From a virus (taxonomy: Duplodnaviria; Caudoviricetes), in IMG/VR virus record IMGVR_UViG_3300047160_017115, positions 23,879 through 87,878 of that record: a stretch of 64,000 bases of DNA. One strand, 5' to 3'. The position numbers and the translations under genes are program-made. The notes under the pieces were generated by a model that saw only the letters and a list, made by a program, of their open reading frames with translations, had not been told where the DNA came from and did no database searches. The stretch's first letter is position 1; each line of letters opens with the position of its first letter. Shown here piece after piece: positions 43,969 through 53,633 of the stretch.

Positions 43969-45004
43969 GCAACCCGACATCGCCGTGTCGGCGACACCCC
44001 CTGACGCCGCGTCGCGTCTGGGGAACAAGGCCGACGAGCTCATCAAGCGTCAGGACATCAAACAGGCCGTGGGCTCCCTGATCGCCGCCCGTCAGCTCTA
44101 CTCGATGGCGCGGGCCGGTCTCGAGGAGCTGCTCGTCGCGGAGGGTGATGACGCCCCCTCCCTGGAGGAGGTTTTCCTCCACGCCGTCAACCAGGCGGCG
44201 TTACAGCCGTTCGAGGAGGCCGTCCTGATCCGCGGCTTCCAGGAGACCGTGTTCCCCTGGATGATCGAGACCTACAAGGCCCACACCGAGGCCGAGCGGG
44301 CGACCGCGGCCGGTGAGCGGGTCGAGGCCGAGCGGGAGCGGCGGGCGACAGCGGTCCCGGTCGGGCTCACTGTCGAACCGGGTGTCGTGGGGCTGCCACG
44401 CACGCGGACGTTGGTGCTTTACGGCTGGCGGCCCGCTGTCCTGTGTGCCCTCGACAAGATCGCGGCCAGTGCCTCGGAGGCCGGCTCCCTGGTCCTGAGG
44501 TTGTCAGCCGATAGGCGGCCGGTCGGTCCTCCTGACGGCGACTTCCTGGTGCGCATCTCGCCGAACTACTGGGAAGGCTCGGCCAATACGACCGACGCCT
44601 TCCACGAAATGGTTGCCCTTAGGGCCGGGGCTGTGCTCCACACCGTCCCCGACCTGGTCGTGGTCGACGACCTGGCCGAGGCCTACACCTCCGGCCTGCT
44701 GGGCAGGGCGCGCGAGGCTCGCGCCGCCGACGCCCAGAAGCGTGTCAGGAAGTGGGCCGACAAGATCGGTGCCGCCGTCGTGGGCGGTGTCCCGTTACTG
44801 GGCGACGACGTGCCCGAGCCCTCCGGGCTCGGGTGGGACAACCTCAAGTCGTTTACGACCCTTCTCCCTGTGCGCGTCCTCCCTGCCGCGGAAGGGCTAC
44901 TCGCGAACCACGCCCGGCTCGTCGTGGGGTCGGAGTTCATATCGTTCTTCGACGTCCCCTCCTCCGATCTCAAGGACCGGGGGCTTCATCTGCTCACCAC
45001 CTGA
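43955..45004 (+). CDS. Hypothetical protein
   Basis: Track ORF 43901..45004; AGGAAGGAGG RBS suggests TTG start at 43955 or 43958. Confidence 0.65.
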   Translation: MLVSEQPDIAVSATPPDAASRLGNKADELIKRQDIKQAVGSLIAARQLYSMARAGLEELLVAEGDDAPSLEEVFLHAVNQAALQPFEEAVLIRGFQETVFPWMIETYKAHTEAERATAAGERVEAERERRATAVPVGLTVEPGVVGLPRTRTLVLYGWRPAVLCALDKIAASASEAGSLVLRLSADRRPVGPPDGDFLVRISPNYWEGSANTTDAFHEMVALRAGAVLHTVPDLVVVDDLAEAYTSGLLGRAREARAADAQKRVRKWADKIGAAVVGGVPLLGDDVPEPSGLGWDNLKSFTTLLPVRVLPAAEGLLANHARLVVGSEFISFFDVPSSDLKDRGLHLLTT

Positions 45005-45084
45005 ACCTTTACACCAGGAGCCCACGCCGTGAAGGCCACCCTCTCTCCGCCCCGACGTTCCCTCGCGGCTAGGGCTCCGAGTGT

Positions 45085-45118
45085 GTCACGCCTTACCGGA
45101 GGCTTCGTCTCCGGCGAC
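45085..45118 (+). repeat. Dispersed 34-bp hairpin element, copy 7 (diverged, compensatory stem change)
   Basis: GTCACGCCTTACCGGAGGCTTCGTCTCCGGCGAC: stem is CCGGA/TCCGG versus CCGGG/CCCGG in other copies. Confidence 0.75.
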
Positions 45119-45164
45119 GAGATCTGCGTCCAGTATTACCTTGTCGACCCCGTCTGAGGGCTGA

Positions 45165-45869
45165 ATGAAGACGACCCTGATTTTCGTTGGCTACGAGACC
45201 GGCGAGGCGGAGGATCTGGCGGACCTGATGCCGCCGATCCTGCCCGCCGGCAACTGCAAGAGCGAGGAGGCCAGGGCGGCCTCCGTCGCTTCCAGGACCG
45301 AGGATTTCAAGCGGCTGGCGTGCAACCAGCCCTACACCGGCGCGCTCCGCCGCGTCTGTCTGATCGACCCGACCCACAAGGTCAGGAACACCTTGACCTC
45401 GGAGGGCCGGGAGCCCGGCAACCCCACGGGCTCGCGCCCGCTGGCCGTGGCCGTACGCGACTGGATCCTGAAGTACAACCCTGACGCCTGGTCGGACACG
45501 ATGCACGGCCAGCGCCTCTCCGTGCCGCCGGCGGCGTTCGTGGGCTTCGAGCCCAAGACCTTCCTCAAGATGCTGGGCCTCGAGTGCGCCCGGCTGAACA
45601 AGCCTTTGCCTCCCGCGATGTGGTACAGCAACTCCGACCACCGCGACCTGACGAACGCGCTCATGCCTTCCGACTTCAAGTTCCTCGACTGGTCGACCGT
45701 CCTGAAGGCGTTTCGGCCCACCGAGGCGCTCGAGCAGGTGCCGTACGACCGTGAGTTCGGGTCCTGGCCGGGGCCGGGCAAGGGGGCGGAGAAGGACGCG
45801 GAACTGGCGTTCTGGTTGGCGCACAAACTGGGGTTCGTCAACTCGCTGAAGTTGGCGGCCGCGGGTTAG
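45165..45869 (+). CDS. Hypothetical protein (possibly degenerate exonuclease fold)
   Basis: IFVGYET...FVGFEP...HRDL pattern only loosely recalls DEDD exonucleases. Confidence 0.5.
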   Translation: MKTTLIFVGYETGEAEDLADLMPPILPAGNCKSEEARAASVASRTEDFKRLACNQPYTGALRRVCLIDPTHKVRNTLTSEGREPGNPTGSRPLAVAVRDWILKYNPDAWSDTMHGQRLSVPPAAFVGFEPKTFLKMLGLECARLNKPLPPAMWYSNSDHRDLTNALMPSDFKFLDWSTVLKAFRPTEALEQVPYDREFGSWPGPGKGAEKDAELAFWLAHKLGFVNSLKLAAAG

Positions 45870-45902
45870 AGTCTGGGTCGACTCGTCCCGCGAGGTGAGC
45901 CT

Positions 45903-46550
45903 GTGCCGTTGCCCCAGCCGTTCGAGAAGTCACGACGACTCTACCCTGGGGATTTCCCCGTCGTGCCTCTGGCCGTGGGCGTCGCCGACTCCCTGGCCAG
46001 GTTCTCCGACCGGTTGGAGTTCTTCACGCTCGCCCCCCTCTACCTGAAGGGCAGATTTGGGGACGGGCTGCTCGCCGACTTTCTCGCGGAGTACGGAGAA
46101 GAGGTCGTCTTCTACGTGAGGCGGTTTCGACACCCCGTACTTCGAGTCCCGGGGCCGCCGGATGCGGCCGCTTACTGGGGTCACACCTTGTGGGCGCTTC
46201 GCAAGGAGCACTGGCCGGCGTTCGAAACCCACTTGCTGGCACTCCGGCTCACGGACACCCCCCAGCGTAGGCTCTACGGTGTGGGGGTCCAGGACCTGAT
46301 GGTCGTGGACCCCCTGTCCGTGGACCGCGCCGGTCTCGCGGTGTACCCCCCGAGATACGCCTGTGTGCGCTCGTTCGGAGTCAACGGTAGCCGCTCGGCC
46401 TGGGCCTTTCGTACCGACCCCTCGGCGCCCTGGCTCCCCCCCGAGCTCGTGCGTTTCCCGCCGGACGCGTCGATCGTTAAGTTCGCGGACCGCCTCTTCC
46501 GCGGGGAGGTCAAGAAGGCCGTGGACGCCAACCCCTACGAGGAGGATTGA
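45903..46550 (+). CDS. Hypothetical protein
   Basis: GAGGTG RBS; 215 aa. Confidence 0.6.
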   Translation: MPLPQPFEKSRRLYPGDFPVVPLAVGVADSLARFSDRLEFFTLAPLYLKGRFGDGLLADFLAEYGEEVVFYVRRFRHPVLRVPGPPDAAAYWGHTLWALRKEHWPAFETHLLALRLTDTPQRRLYGVGVQDLMVVDPLSVDRAGLAVYPPRYACVRSFGVNGSRSAWAFRTDPSAPWLPPELVRFPPDASIVKFADRLFRGEVKKAVDANPYEED

Positions 46551-46554
46551 GCCT

Positions 46555-46839
46555 GTGTACGTCGAGTTCGTATTCCCACTCAACGCCACGGTCGTGAACA
46601 GCGTCGACCCCGACGGCAACCGCCTGACGAAGGTCCGGGTCGACCCCCGCTTCCTGGACGCCCGTGGCTCGTCGGAGGTCGCCTCTTTCATCTCCAAGAG
46701 CAATTCTGGACGCGAACTTGACCGCGCGGTCTTGGTCGCCTCGGCGAGCACGGGTAATGTCTCCCGCCGCTCGGTCGGGGAGGCGGGCGTGGTGCCGCTG
46801 GTCGACCGTGAGGGGGAGCCGGTCGATGGGCAAGAGTGA
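46555..46839 (+). CDS. Hypothetical protein
   Basis: GTG 46555 after GGAGGA RBS. Confidence 0.5.
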   Translation: MYVEFVFPLNATVVNSVDPDGNRLTKVRVDPRFLDARGSSEVASFISKSNSGRELDRAVLVASASTGNVSRRSVGEAGVVPLVDREGEPVDGQE

Positions 46840-47422
46840 AGAGAGCTACGCGGCCTGGGAGAAGACTCTGCCCTCACGTCTGTGCGGCGCGAGTGATCTC
46901 CAACCCTCGATCTCCGAGGAGCAGTCGGCGTTCGAGGCCTGGGCCGGGAGCCTGCCGTCGAGTCTGGGTGAAGACGTAGCCGCGTGTGACCCGGAGCCTC
47001 CTCCCCCTCCGCCACCGCCGGCCGATCGTCTGGAGCTCTGGCTCCTGATCGAGTGTCACGACGGTGAGCCGCCGCGCCTGCGTTCGTTCCCCACCCGGGT
47101 CGAGTTGGCGGCGCGACTCGTGGAGCTCGACGGCGAGGACGTCTTCGTCATTCCCGTCCTGGGCGAGCTCCTCAAGGTCTCTCAAGGCCCGCGGCGGCGA
47201 TACCTGATCACTCGTGAGGGGGCCGTGTCGTCGACGGCCCTTGGGGTGTTCGAGCTCGACGCCGACGAGACCGCGGAACTCGATGTTCAGGAGGACGGTT
47301 ATCTCGGCCCTGTTGAGATGGGTGTGATGGACCCGCCCGCCCCTACGAAGAAGTCCCGTACCCCTCCTCCCCGTCGCAAGTTCGACGACGACGAGGAAGA
47401 CGAGGACGAGGACGACACCTGA
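46826..47422 (+). CDS. Hypothetical protein with acidic tail
   Basis: ATG 46826 with GGGGAG RBS; ends DDDEEDEDEDDT. Confidence 0.6.
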   Translation: MGKSEESYAAWEKTLPSRLCGASDLQPSISEEQSAFEAWAGSLPSSLGEDVAACDPEPPPPPPPPADRLELWLLIECHDGEPPRLRSFPTRVELAARLVELDGEDVFVIPVLGELLKVSQGPRRRYLITREGAVSSTALGVFELDADETAELDVQEDGYLGPVEMGVMDPPAPTKKSRTPPPRRKFDDDEEDEDEDDT

Positions 47423-47475
47423 ATCGACGCGCTGCCCGCGTCATAAAACTCGGGTACCTAGCGCAGTTTTCCTTC

Positions 47476-47487
47476 AAAACCGGTTTC
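47476..47487. promoter_or_regulatory. AAAAC-S-GTTT(T/C) variant
   Basis: AAAACCGGTTTC, 14 nt before ATG 47502; a further AAAACT...AGTTTT inverted pair lies just upstream. Confidence 0.55.
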
Positions 47488-47501
47488 GAGGAGACGCACC
47501 G

Positions 47502-48839
47502 ATGCTTGTTGCCGCGCCGGAAATCGACGCCAACCTGTCGGACTGGGAAGCCAACCTCAATAGCGTCGCGCACGTCCGTGGGGGCTCCGCCCCTGAGGGC
47601 GTGTACGGGATCTCGATGATGATCGACGTCCCGCGCGTGTTCGACCACGACGACAAGAACTTCATCCCCGACTCCGCGGTGCGGTGGGTCGTCATGCTGC
47701 CGGTCTGGGCCAGGCACTGGTTCGGGTCGGAGCAGGACGTGTTGGCCACCTACGTGACCCGGACCGTCGACCAGTGCGGCCTGCCACTGATCAGCGGCAG
47801 GCGGCCCCTGTTGAACTGCGACTTCCGAGCCCGTCCCGCCCCGTCGCGGGGTGCCGCCGTCCCGTTCGGTCCCCTCGATCACGTGGCGGAGCCGAACCTG
47901 TGCTACGTCATGAACGGGTTATGGGAGGGCCTGATCGGCGCGGCCTTCACTCACAACCACTTCTACCGCAGCCTCCGGCGCAATTACCTCGCGGCCAGGC
48001 AGCTGCCTCCGAAGGCCGACAAGTTCCACTTCCACGGCCCGCGCGAGTCGTTCCCGTCCGAGACGGCGCCCGCCGTCGCGGACGTCTTCCCGGTGCCCTA
48101 TCTCTCCTTCGAGGAGAAGAGGGAAGAGAGGCACCTGTCTTCACGACGGTGCTTCGGCGTCACCTCGAAGCCTCGGGTCCACGCCGCGGACTTCCCCTCG
48201 GCCCTGAAGTGGGAGTTCCTGCGCTCTTACGCGGCGGGGCTGCCGATCACGACCCCCCGTGACGGCGTCTTCGTGCGCCAGGAGGCTGTCGGCGACGGCT
48301 CCATCACGGCCCTCATCTTCCGGGAAGGTGAGAGCCACTTCCGGGTCCATGTGCCGTCCACCGCGGCCCCGACCGTCATCCCCGACCAGGAGGTCAAGGC
48401 GGGGCACATCGTCACGTACGCCGCTCGCACCACGGAGCCCGACGAGGGCCCCTCATTCGACGAGGTGATGGACGAGCTCGGTTCGACCTTCCGCCCCACG
48501 TTCGAGGCCTGGGCCGAGGGGCTGCTCGTGAGGTTCACCAGGTATCCGGGCCGCGTCTACGCGCGGGCCGATCTCGTCGCGGCCGCCGCCAGTGCCGCCC
48601 GACGCGGCGAGATCGTCTGGGACCTCGACCCTGCGTCCTCGCTGTTCGACGACGCCGTCATGGCGTACCGGTTCCCGCCCCTCATGATGGTGGGGCAGCT
48701 GCGTGAGCTGCAGTCGTTGCCTGGCGAGGTCCGCGTCGATCCCTGGCCTCAGGACCATCGCTTCTGCCTGCACGGGAGGGTGACGCGCAACAAGCCTCTG
48801 CGGGAGCGCGCGTCGTCGCCCTCTGTGCCGGCGACGTGA
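47502..48839 (+). CDS. Hypothetical protein
   Basis: 445 aa, GAGGAG RBS. Confidence 0.7.
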   Translation: MLVAAPEIDANLSDWEANLNSVAHVRGGSAPEGVYGISMMIDVPRVFDHDDKNFIPDSAVRWVVMLPVWARHWFGSEQDVLATYVTRTVDQCGLPLISGRRPLLNCDFRARPAPSRGAAVPFGPLDHVAEPNLCYVMNGLWEGLIGAAFTHNHFYRSLRRNYLAARQLPPKADKFHFHGPRESFPSETAPAVADVFPVPYLSFEEKREERHLSSRRCFGVTSKPRVHAADFPSALKWEFLRSYAAGLPITTPRDGVFVRQEAVGDGSITALIFREGESHFRVHVPSTAAPTVIPDQEVKAGHIVTYAARTTEPDEGPSFDEVMDELGSTFRPTFEAWAEGLLVRFTRYPGRVYARADLVAAAASAARRGEIVWDLDPASSLFDDAVMAYRFPPLMMVGQLRELQSLPGEVRVDPWPQDHRFCLHGRVTRNKPLRERASSPSVPAT

Positions 48840-48854
48840 GCCTCTGTCGGTAAG

Positions 48855-48908
48855 GGCCAGTCGACGCCCCCAGGCCACCACCCCGGGGGCGTCACCGGCC
48901 TTTTTCTT
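48855..48908 (+). terminator. Intrinsic terminator
   Basis: GACGCCCCC/GGGGGCGTC core extended by GGCC/GGCC, followed by TTTTTCTT. Confidence 0.75.
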
Positions 48909-48950
48909 AACCGTCCACTCGCTCTAGAGTGTACAGACCTGGAGGGCAGG

Positions 48951-50000
48951 ATGCTCGACAAGCCTGTGGTCGCCCATACTCCTGATGGCAGCGCATACTT
49001 CGACCTGCGCGACCCACGTAACTCTCACCTACACAAGGTGCCTGGTGGGACGATGATCCCGCGGGCGAAGGACAACGGCCAGAGCCGTGCCTTCAACCCG
49101 ACCGTGGCCGGCCCCGTGGTCGTCGTCGATCCGATCGACGCCACGTCGGGCCAGGGCACCGTCGTACCGCTCTCCTTGTTGAGTAGCGCCAACGTACAAC
49201 GCGCCATGAGCACGGCCGAGACCATCTCCGACGTGTACCGGAACCTCGCCCAGATGAATACCGACGCCAACCCTGTGATCCGTCAGCCCGAGTCGGTGCC
49301 CGTGCCACAGTTCAACCCGGTGCGCGCCGGCGCCCTCCAGGCCGCCCCGCTCATGCCGACGGCGAGCTTCCCGGTGTCTCAGGTCGAAGGGCCTGTCGTG
49401 AGCAGGCCCGAGACTGTCGAGATGGCGCCGGCGGCTTATGCTCAGCCGGTGCCTGCCCTGGTGCCCGGGGCGCCGATCGCGGCCGCCCCCATCACGTACC
49501 AGCCTGCCCCCATCACGTACCAGCCTGCCCCTCCGCCGCCCCCGGCGGCGGGCTTGGGGGAACTGGTCGCGCTGCTGCGTCCCTTGCTCGCTGAGAGACA
49601 ACAGGCCCCGGTCGCCGCCGCGCCGCCCGCGGTGGGCCGGCCCTGGGAGGAGACGGAGAAGCGCGCCCAGGCGACCCCGTCGAAGCTGGGGATCGATTTC
49701 CTCGAGGGCCCGGAGGCGGTCCGGCCGGGTCGTTCCGTGGTCTTCAACCTCGGGGCTCTCGGCGCCATGACCACGCGCTATCACGACGTGGTGGTGAAGC
49801 CCGACACGATCACGTTGTACTACGACGACCGTTACGCGGAGGGGAACAAGTGGGCTCCCCCGGAGAAGCCGGCCTCGGAATACTTCGAGCTCGGCGTGCC
49901 GCACCTCAACGCGACCTTCCGGTGCCTCTCTTCGTACCTCAGGACGAGCATCGGCTGTCTCGACATTCTGATGTTCGTGAAGGCCGAGCCGCAGGAGTGA
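48951..50000 (+). CDS. Hypothetical Pro/Ala-rich protein
   Basis: GGAGG RBS; low-complexity P/A middle region. Confidence 0.7.
   Translation: MLDKPVVAHTPDGSAYFDLRDPRNSHLHKVPGGTMIPRAKDNGQSRAFNPTVAGPVVVVDPIDATSGQGTVVPLSLLSSANVQRAMSTAETISDVYRNLAQMNTDANPVIRQPESVPVPQFNPVRAGALQAAPLMPTASFPVSQVEGPVVSRPETVEMAPAAYAQPVPALVPGAPIAAAPITYQPAPITYQPAPPPPPAAGLGELVALLRPLLAERQQAPVAAAPPAVGRPWEETEKRAQATPSKLGIDFLEGPEAVRPGRSVVFNLGALGAMTTRYHDVVVKPDTITLYYDDRYAEGNKWAPPEKPASEYFELGVPHLNATFRCLSSYLRTSIGCLDILMFVKAEPQE
49485..49531 (+). repeat. In-frame 21-bp tandem duplication
   Basis: GCCCCCATCACGTACCAGCCT x2.2 encoding APITYQP x2. Confidence 0.9.
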
Positions 50001-50003
50001 GCC

Positions 50004-50174
50004 GTGGAAAAGCGCGGAGTCCTGGACGAAAACACCCCGCCCCCCGACCGCCTCAAGACGCCGCGACCAGGTGCGAAGTCGACCTCGGACCGCACGGACG
50101 ATTGTGTGGCTTCCCGCCTTATTGATGCGGCCGAGTCGGCCGTCACCGGGTCGAAGAAGCCCGACCGGGCGTGA
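50004..50174 (+). CDS. Small hypothetical protein (56 aa, below track cut-off)
   Basis: Manual translation (M)EKRGVLDENTPPPDRLK...KKPDRA; AGGAG RBS. Confidence 0.5.
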   Translation: MEKRGVLDENTPPPDRLKTPRPGAKSTSDRTDDCVASRLIDAAESAVTGSKKPDRA

Positions 50175-50198
50175 CCCCCTAGGTCAAGGACGACCTTC

Positions 50199-52067
50199 AT
50201 GTCGATCGGGCTGCGCTCACAATTCTTCCAGGCCGCCGGCGGCCCAGGCGCCGAGGCCTTCCCGAACCCCTTCCTGGACATCGCCTCCACGGCGATCCCG
50301 CACTCGCTGCGGAACGCGCTCTACTGGGCCGAGTACATCTACTCGTACATGGGTACGTACCGGACCGCGATGGAGCGGATCATTTCCTACTTCCTCACGG
50401 ACGTGGAGTTCGGGAAGGCGAGCGACGAGGAGAAGGACAAGTACGGCGAGTTCTACGACGAGACCCTGGACTTCTTCACGGTGGCCCAGAACCTCCTCCG
50501 TGACAGGATGTGCTACGGCAACGGGTTCGCGAGCTTCATCGTCCCGTTCCACCGCTGGCTCGTGTGCCCCAAGTGCGGCTCGTCGTGGCCCCTGCGGGTC
50601 GTGAAGGAGAACGAGAACCCGTTCAAGTTCGAGTGGAGCGCCAACCTCGACTTCGTTGCGAGCTGTCCCTCGTGTAACACGGGCGGCGGCTACCGCGGAC
50701 CCATGGTGGTCGACGATCGCGACGGCGACACCGAGCGCCACCTCAAGATCAAGCACTGGAGCCCGCACGAGATCGAGCTCCTGCACGACCCGTACTCCGA
50801 CGACGTCGCGTACCTCTGGCGCATCCCCGAGGACTACAAGAACCTCGTGCGGCAGGGCCACCTGTTCCACCTCGAGCGCGTCAGCAAGCCGGTGCTCGAG
50901 GCGATCCGGAAGAACTACTACTTTCGGTTCAAGCAGGACGCGATCTTCCACATGAAGGAGCCCACCCTGGCCGGCCTGCGCAACAGGGGCTGGGGCTTTC
51001 CGCGCATCCTGACCAACTTCCGGCAGATCTGGTACGTCCAGGTCCTGCGGCGCATGAACGAGGCCATCGCCCTCGACTACGTGATCCCCCTGCGGATCAT
51101 CACCCCCGAGCCCAACGGCTCCACGGCCGCGACCGGCGGGCCGTTGGCGTTGTTCAACGGCCAGGACACCCGCGGCCAGATCTACTCCATGCTCCGACGC
51201 CGTCGCCGTGACCCCGCGAGCTGGCAGGTCCTGCCGTTCCCGGTGCGGTACACGATCGCGGGCGGGGACGCCAACCAGCTCGCCCCGCGTGACCTCCTCG
51301 ACCAGGGCTACGAGACCCTGCTCAACGACGCCGGCACGCCCGTCGAGCTCTACAAGGGGTCGCTCCAGCTCCAGACGGCCCCCGTGGCCCTGCGCCTGTT
51401 CGAGAGCACGTGGCACCACCTCGTCCACGACACCAACGCCTTCCTACGCTGGACGACGCGCACGACGAGCCAGATCCTGGGCTGGGAAGCCGTGACCGCG
51501 AAGATGAAGCGGGTCACGATCACCGACGACGTCCAGAAGATCATGGCCGCGCTGCAGCTCATGATCGGCCAGCAGCTCTCCGGCACGACCGGCATGGCCA
51601 TGCTCGGCTTCGACTACAAGGAAGAGCAGAAGCTCAAGGCCGAGGAGACCCGGATGAACGCCGAGCTCCAGGCCCGCACCCAGGAGGAGATGGGCCAGGC
51701 CGGCTTCGCCCAGCAACTGGCGAAGGGCCAGGCCCAGGGCCAGACGGGCGACCCGGGCCAGGCCCAGCAGCCGCCGCAAGGGGCCCAGCCCGGCATGCCG
51801 ATGGACCCCACCGGGATGGGGGGAGGCCCCGTCGACCAGTACGTTCAGTCACACGGCCCCAACCCCCAACTCACGCCCACGTCCATGATGCAGGACGCCG
51901 ACACACTGGCCCAGGGCCTGCTCGGGCTCCCCGAGTCGCTCAAGGACAGCCAGCTCCGCCAGCTCTCGCAGTACAACGAGGCCCTCCACGCCCTGGTACG
52001 GGCCCGCATGGACAAGATCCGTCAGGGCGCCCGTAGCCAGGGCGGCGCCCAGATGATGGGGCAGTGA
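50199..52067 (+). CDS. Probable portal protein with zinc-ribbon insertion
   Basis: 622 aa; FPNPFLD N-terminus; DRMCYGNGF; GWGFPRIL...RMNEAIALDYVIPLR resemble large-phage portal segments; CPKC...CPSC pair; Gln/Gly-rich tail. Confidence 0.5.
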   Translation: MSIGLRSQFFQAAGGPGAEAFPNPFLDIASTAIPHSLRNALYWAEYIYSYMGTYRTAMERIISYFLTDVEFGKASDEEKDKYGEFYDETLDFFTVAQNLLRDRMCYGNGFASFIVPFHRWLVCPKCGSSWPLRVVKENENPFKFEWSANLDFVASCPSCNTGGGYRGPMVVDDRDGDTERHLKIKHWSPHEIELLHDPYSDDVAYLWRIPEDYKNLVRQGHLFHLERVSKPVLEAIRKNYYFRFKQDAIFHMKEPTLAGLRNRGWGFPRILTNFRQIWYVQVLRRMNEAIALDYVIPLRIITPEPNGSTAATGGPLALFNGQDTRGQIYSMLRRRRRDPASWQVLPFPVRYTIAGGDANQLAPRDLLDQGYETLLNDAGTPVELYKGSLQLQTAPVALRLFESTWHHLVHDTNAFLRWTTRTTSQILGWEAVTAKMKRVTITDDVQKIMAALQLMIGQQLSGTTGMAMLGFDYKEEQKLKAEETRMNAELQARTQEEMGQAGFAQQLAKGQAQGQTGDPGQAQQPPQGAQPGMPMDPTGMGGGPVDQYVQSHGPNPQLTPTSMMQDADTLAQGLLGLPESLKDSQLRQLSQYNEALHALVRARMDKIRQGARSQGGAQMMGQ

Positions 52068-52068
52068 C

Positions 52069-52079
52069 AAAACCGTTTT
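52069..52079. promoter_or_regulatory. AAAAC-S-GTTT(T/C) near-palindrome
   Basis: AAAACCGTTTT directly after portal stop, upstream of the glycosyltransferase cluster. Confidence 0.65.
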
Positions 52080-52146
52080 TGGCCCCCGCGGCCGGCTTGC
52101 GCGGACAGCCGCGAAACGGTCAACTGCTCGCACCTAGAGGGCCGCA

Positions 52147-52962
52147 ATGTCACACAAGTACAAGATCGGGTTCGTGTGCCCCACCTATTCCCAGTTCCCC
52201 TACGCGGAACGGGCGATCTCGACCTTCCTCGAGTACACGCCCGGCGGGCTCGCCATCGTCGTCGACGACGCCAGCCCGGACTGGGACGACAAGGACTGGC
52301 AGTCATTCCTCTATATTGAGCCGGTGGGCGTCCTCCGTGCCGTGGTCAATCGCTTCGAGCAGAACGGTGGCCTCACGCGCTCCTGGAACGCCGGCCTGAG
52401 CATTGCCCGCGTCTACGATTGTGAGTACGCGATCGCCGGCAACTCCGACGTCATCTTCGGGGCGCGTTGGTACGAGGGTTTGCTCGATGCTCTGAATGCC
52501 GGTTACCACCTCGTGGGGCCGGTCTCGAACGCCCCGGGGATCACGGCCAAGGGTTACGCCGAGGTCTGGCGGTACGACAGCACCTATGCGACGACGGACG
52601 ACCAGGAGTACATCGACAACCTCTCGTGCTCTCTTCGGGAGCGCTACCCGACCTCGATCGTCGAGGCGCCGGTCAACGGCTTCTTCCAGATGGCCCGCGT
52701 CGCCGACTGGTGGTCGGGGGCTTACGACGCCAAGGCGGGCCAGGTCTACAAGCCGAGCAACGAGTTCACGTCCGAGGGGCGCAGGAACCCGACCCCGCTC
52801 ATGACGCTCAACGAGGACGAGCTCCAGGGCCGGTGGGCCAAGCTCGGCCGCAAGACCGCTGTCGTGCCGTCGAGTTTCATCTTCCACTACCGGGCGGTGA
52901 CCAGGGGCCCGAAGTACCTCAGGGGTCGCTGGTTTAGGCCGGCGCCCGGGAGCAAGCCGTGA
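52147..52962 (+). CDS. Glycosyltransferase family 2
   Basis: IGFVCPTY; IVVDDAS; NGGLTRSWNAGL; AGNSDV; EDE; FIFHY. Confidence 0.85.
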   Translation: MSHKYKIGFVCPTYSQFPYAERAISTFLEYTPGGLAIVVDDASPDWDDKDWQSFLYIEPVGVLRAVVNRFEQNGGLTRSWNAGLSIARVYDCEYAIAGNSDVIFGARWYEGLLDALNAGYHLVGPVSNAPGITAKGYAEVWRYDSTYATTDDQEYIDNLSCSLRERYPTSIVEAPVNGFFQMARVADWWSGAYDAKAGQVYKPSNEFTSEGRRNPTPLMTLNEDELQGRWAKLGRKTAVVPSSFIFHYRAVTRGPKYLRGRWFRPAPGSKP

Positions 52963-53633
52963 CGAACATCGTGATCTACACGGCGATCACGGGCCGTATC
53001 TCCGACGAACTCCGTGTCCCCACGGGTGACGGGACCAGGCCGGCGCCCGGTGTGCGGTGGGTCTGCTTCACCGACCGTGAGAAGTACGGGACGCGGTACG
53101 GGCCCTGGGTGGTCCACAAGCCAGTGTGGACGCACCCCAGCGTGCCGCGCCGCACGGCACGGTGGCACAAGGCCAGCGCCCACACCCTGTTCCCCGACGC
53201 CGACGTCTCGCTCTGGTGTGACGGTTGCTTCCAGCTTCACGTCTACCCTCTCGATCTCGTTGCGTACCTCAAGGACACGGACGTCGCCACCTTCTATCAC
53301 CCCGATCGTGATTGCATCTACGACGAGGAGGTCGCTTGCCGGCGTCTGAAAAAGGACTTCCCGGAAGTCATGGCCGCCCAGACGGCCCGCTACCGGGCGG
53401 AGAACTACCCGCCTCACAACGGCCTGGCGGAGACGACCTGTGTACTCCGCCGCCACACCCCGCAAGTGGCTGAGCTCAATACACTCTGGTGGTCCGAGAT
53501 GGACCGCGGCAGCCTGCGTGACCAGCTCAGTTTCGATTACTGTTGCTGGAAGCTCGGGATGCGGTACTCGAAGGTCGGGGGCTGTCGCGGACAGAACCCG
53601 TACTTCCGTTTCTACCCCCACCGCGAACTATGA
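52959..53633 (+). CDS. DUF616-like glycosyltransferase
   Basis: VIYTAITG; VCFTD; ARWHK...LFPD..VSLWCDG; HPDRDCIYDE; RDQLSF. Confidence 0.75.
   Translation: MTNIVIYTAITGRISDELRVPTGDGTRPAPGVRWVCFTDREKYGTRYGPWVVHKPVWTHPSVPRRTARWHKASAHTLFPDADVSLWCDGCFQLHVYPLDLVAYLKDTDVATFYHPDRDCIYDEEVACRRLKKDFPEVMAAQTARYRAENYPPHNGLAETTCVLRRHTPQVAELNTLWWSEMDRGSLRDQLSFDYCCWKLGMRYSKVGGCRGQNPYFRFYPHREL

Noticed and set aside
44978-44990. Partial element core CCGGGGGCTTCAT inside the 43955..45004 gene
   Set aside because: It lacks the 3' stem arm and 5' flank, so it is not counted as a copy. It may be a decayed remnant.
48875-48898. CCCCGGGGGCGTCACCGG as a tenth element copy
   Set aside because: The loop differs from GGCTT, and the sequence is better explained as part of the intrinsic terminator at 48855..48908.
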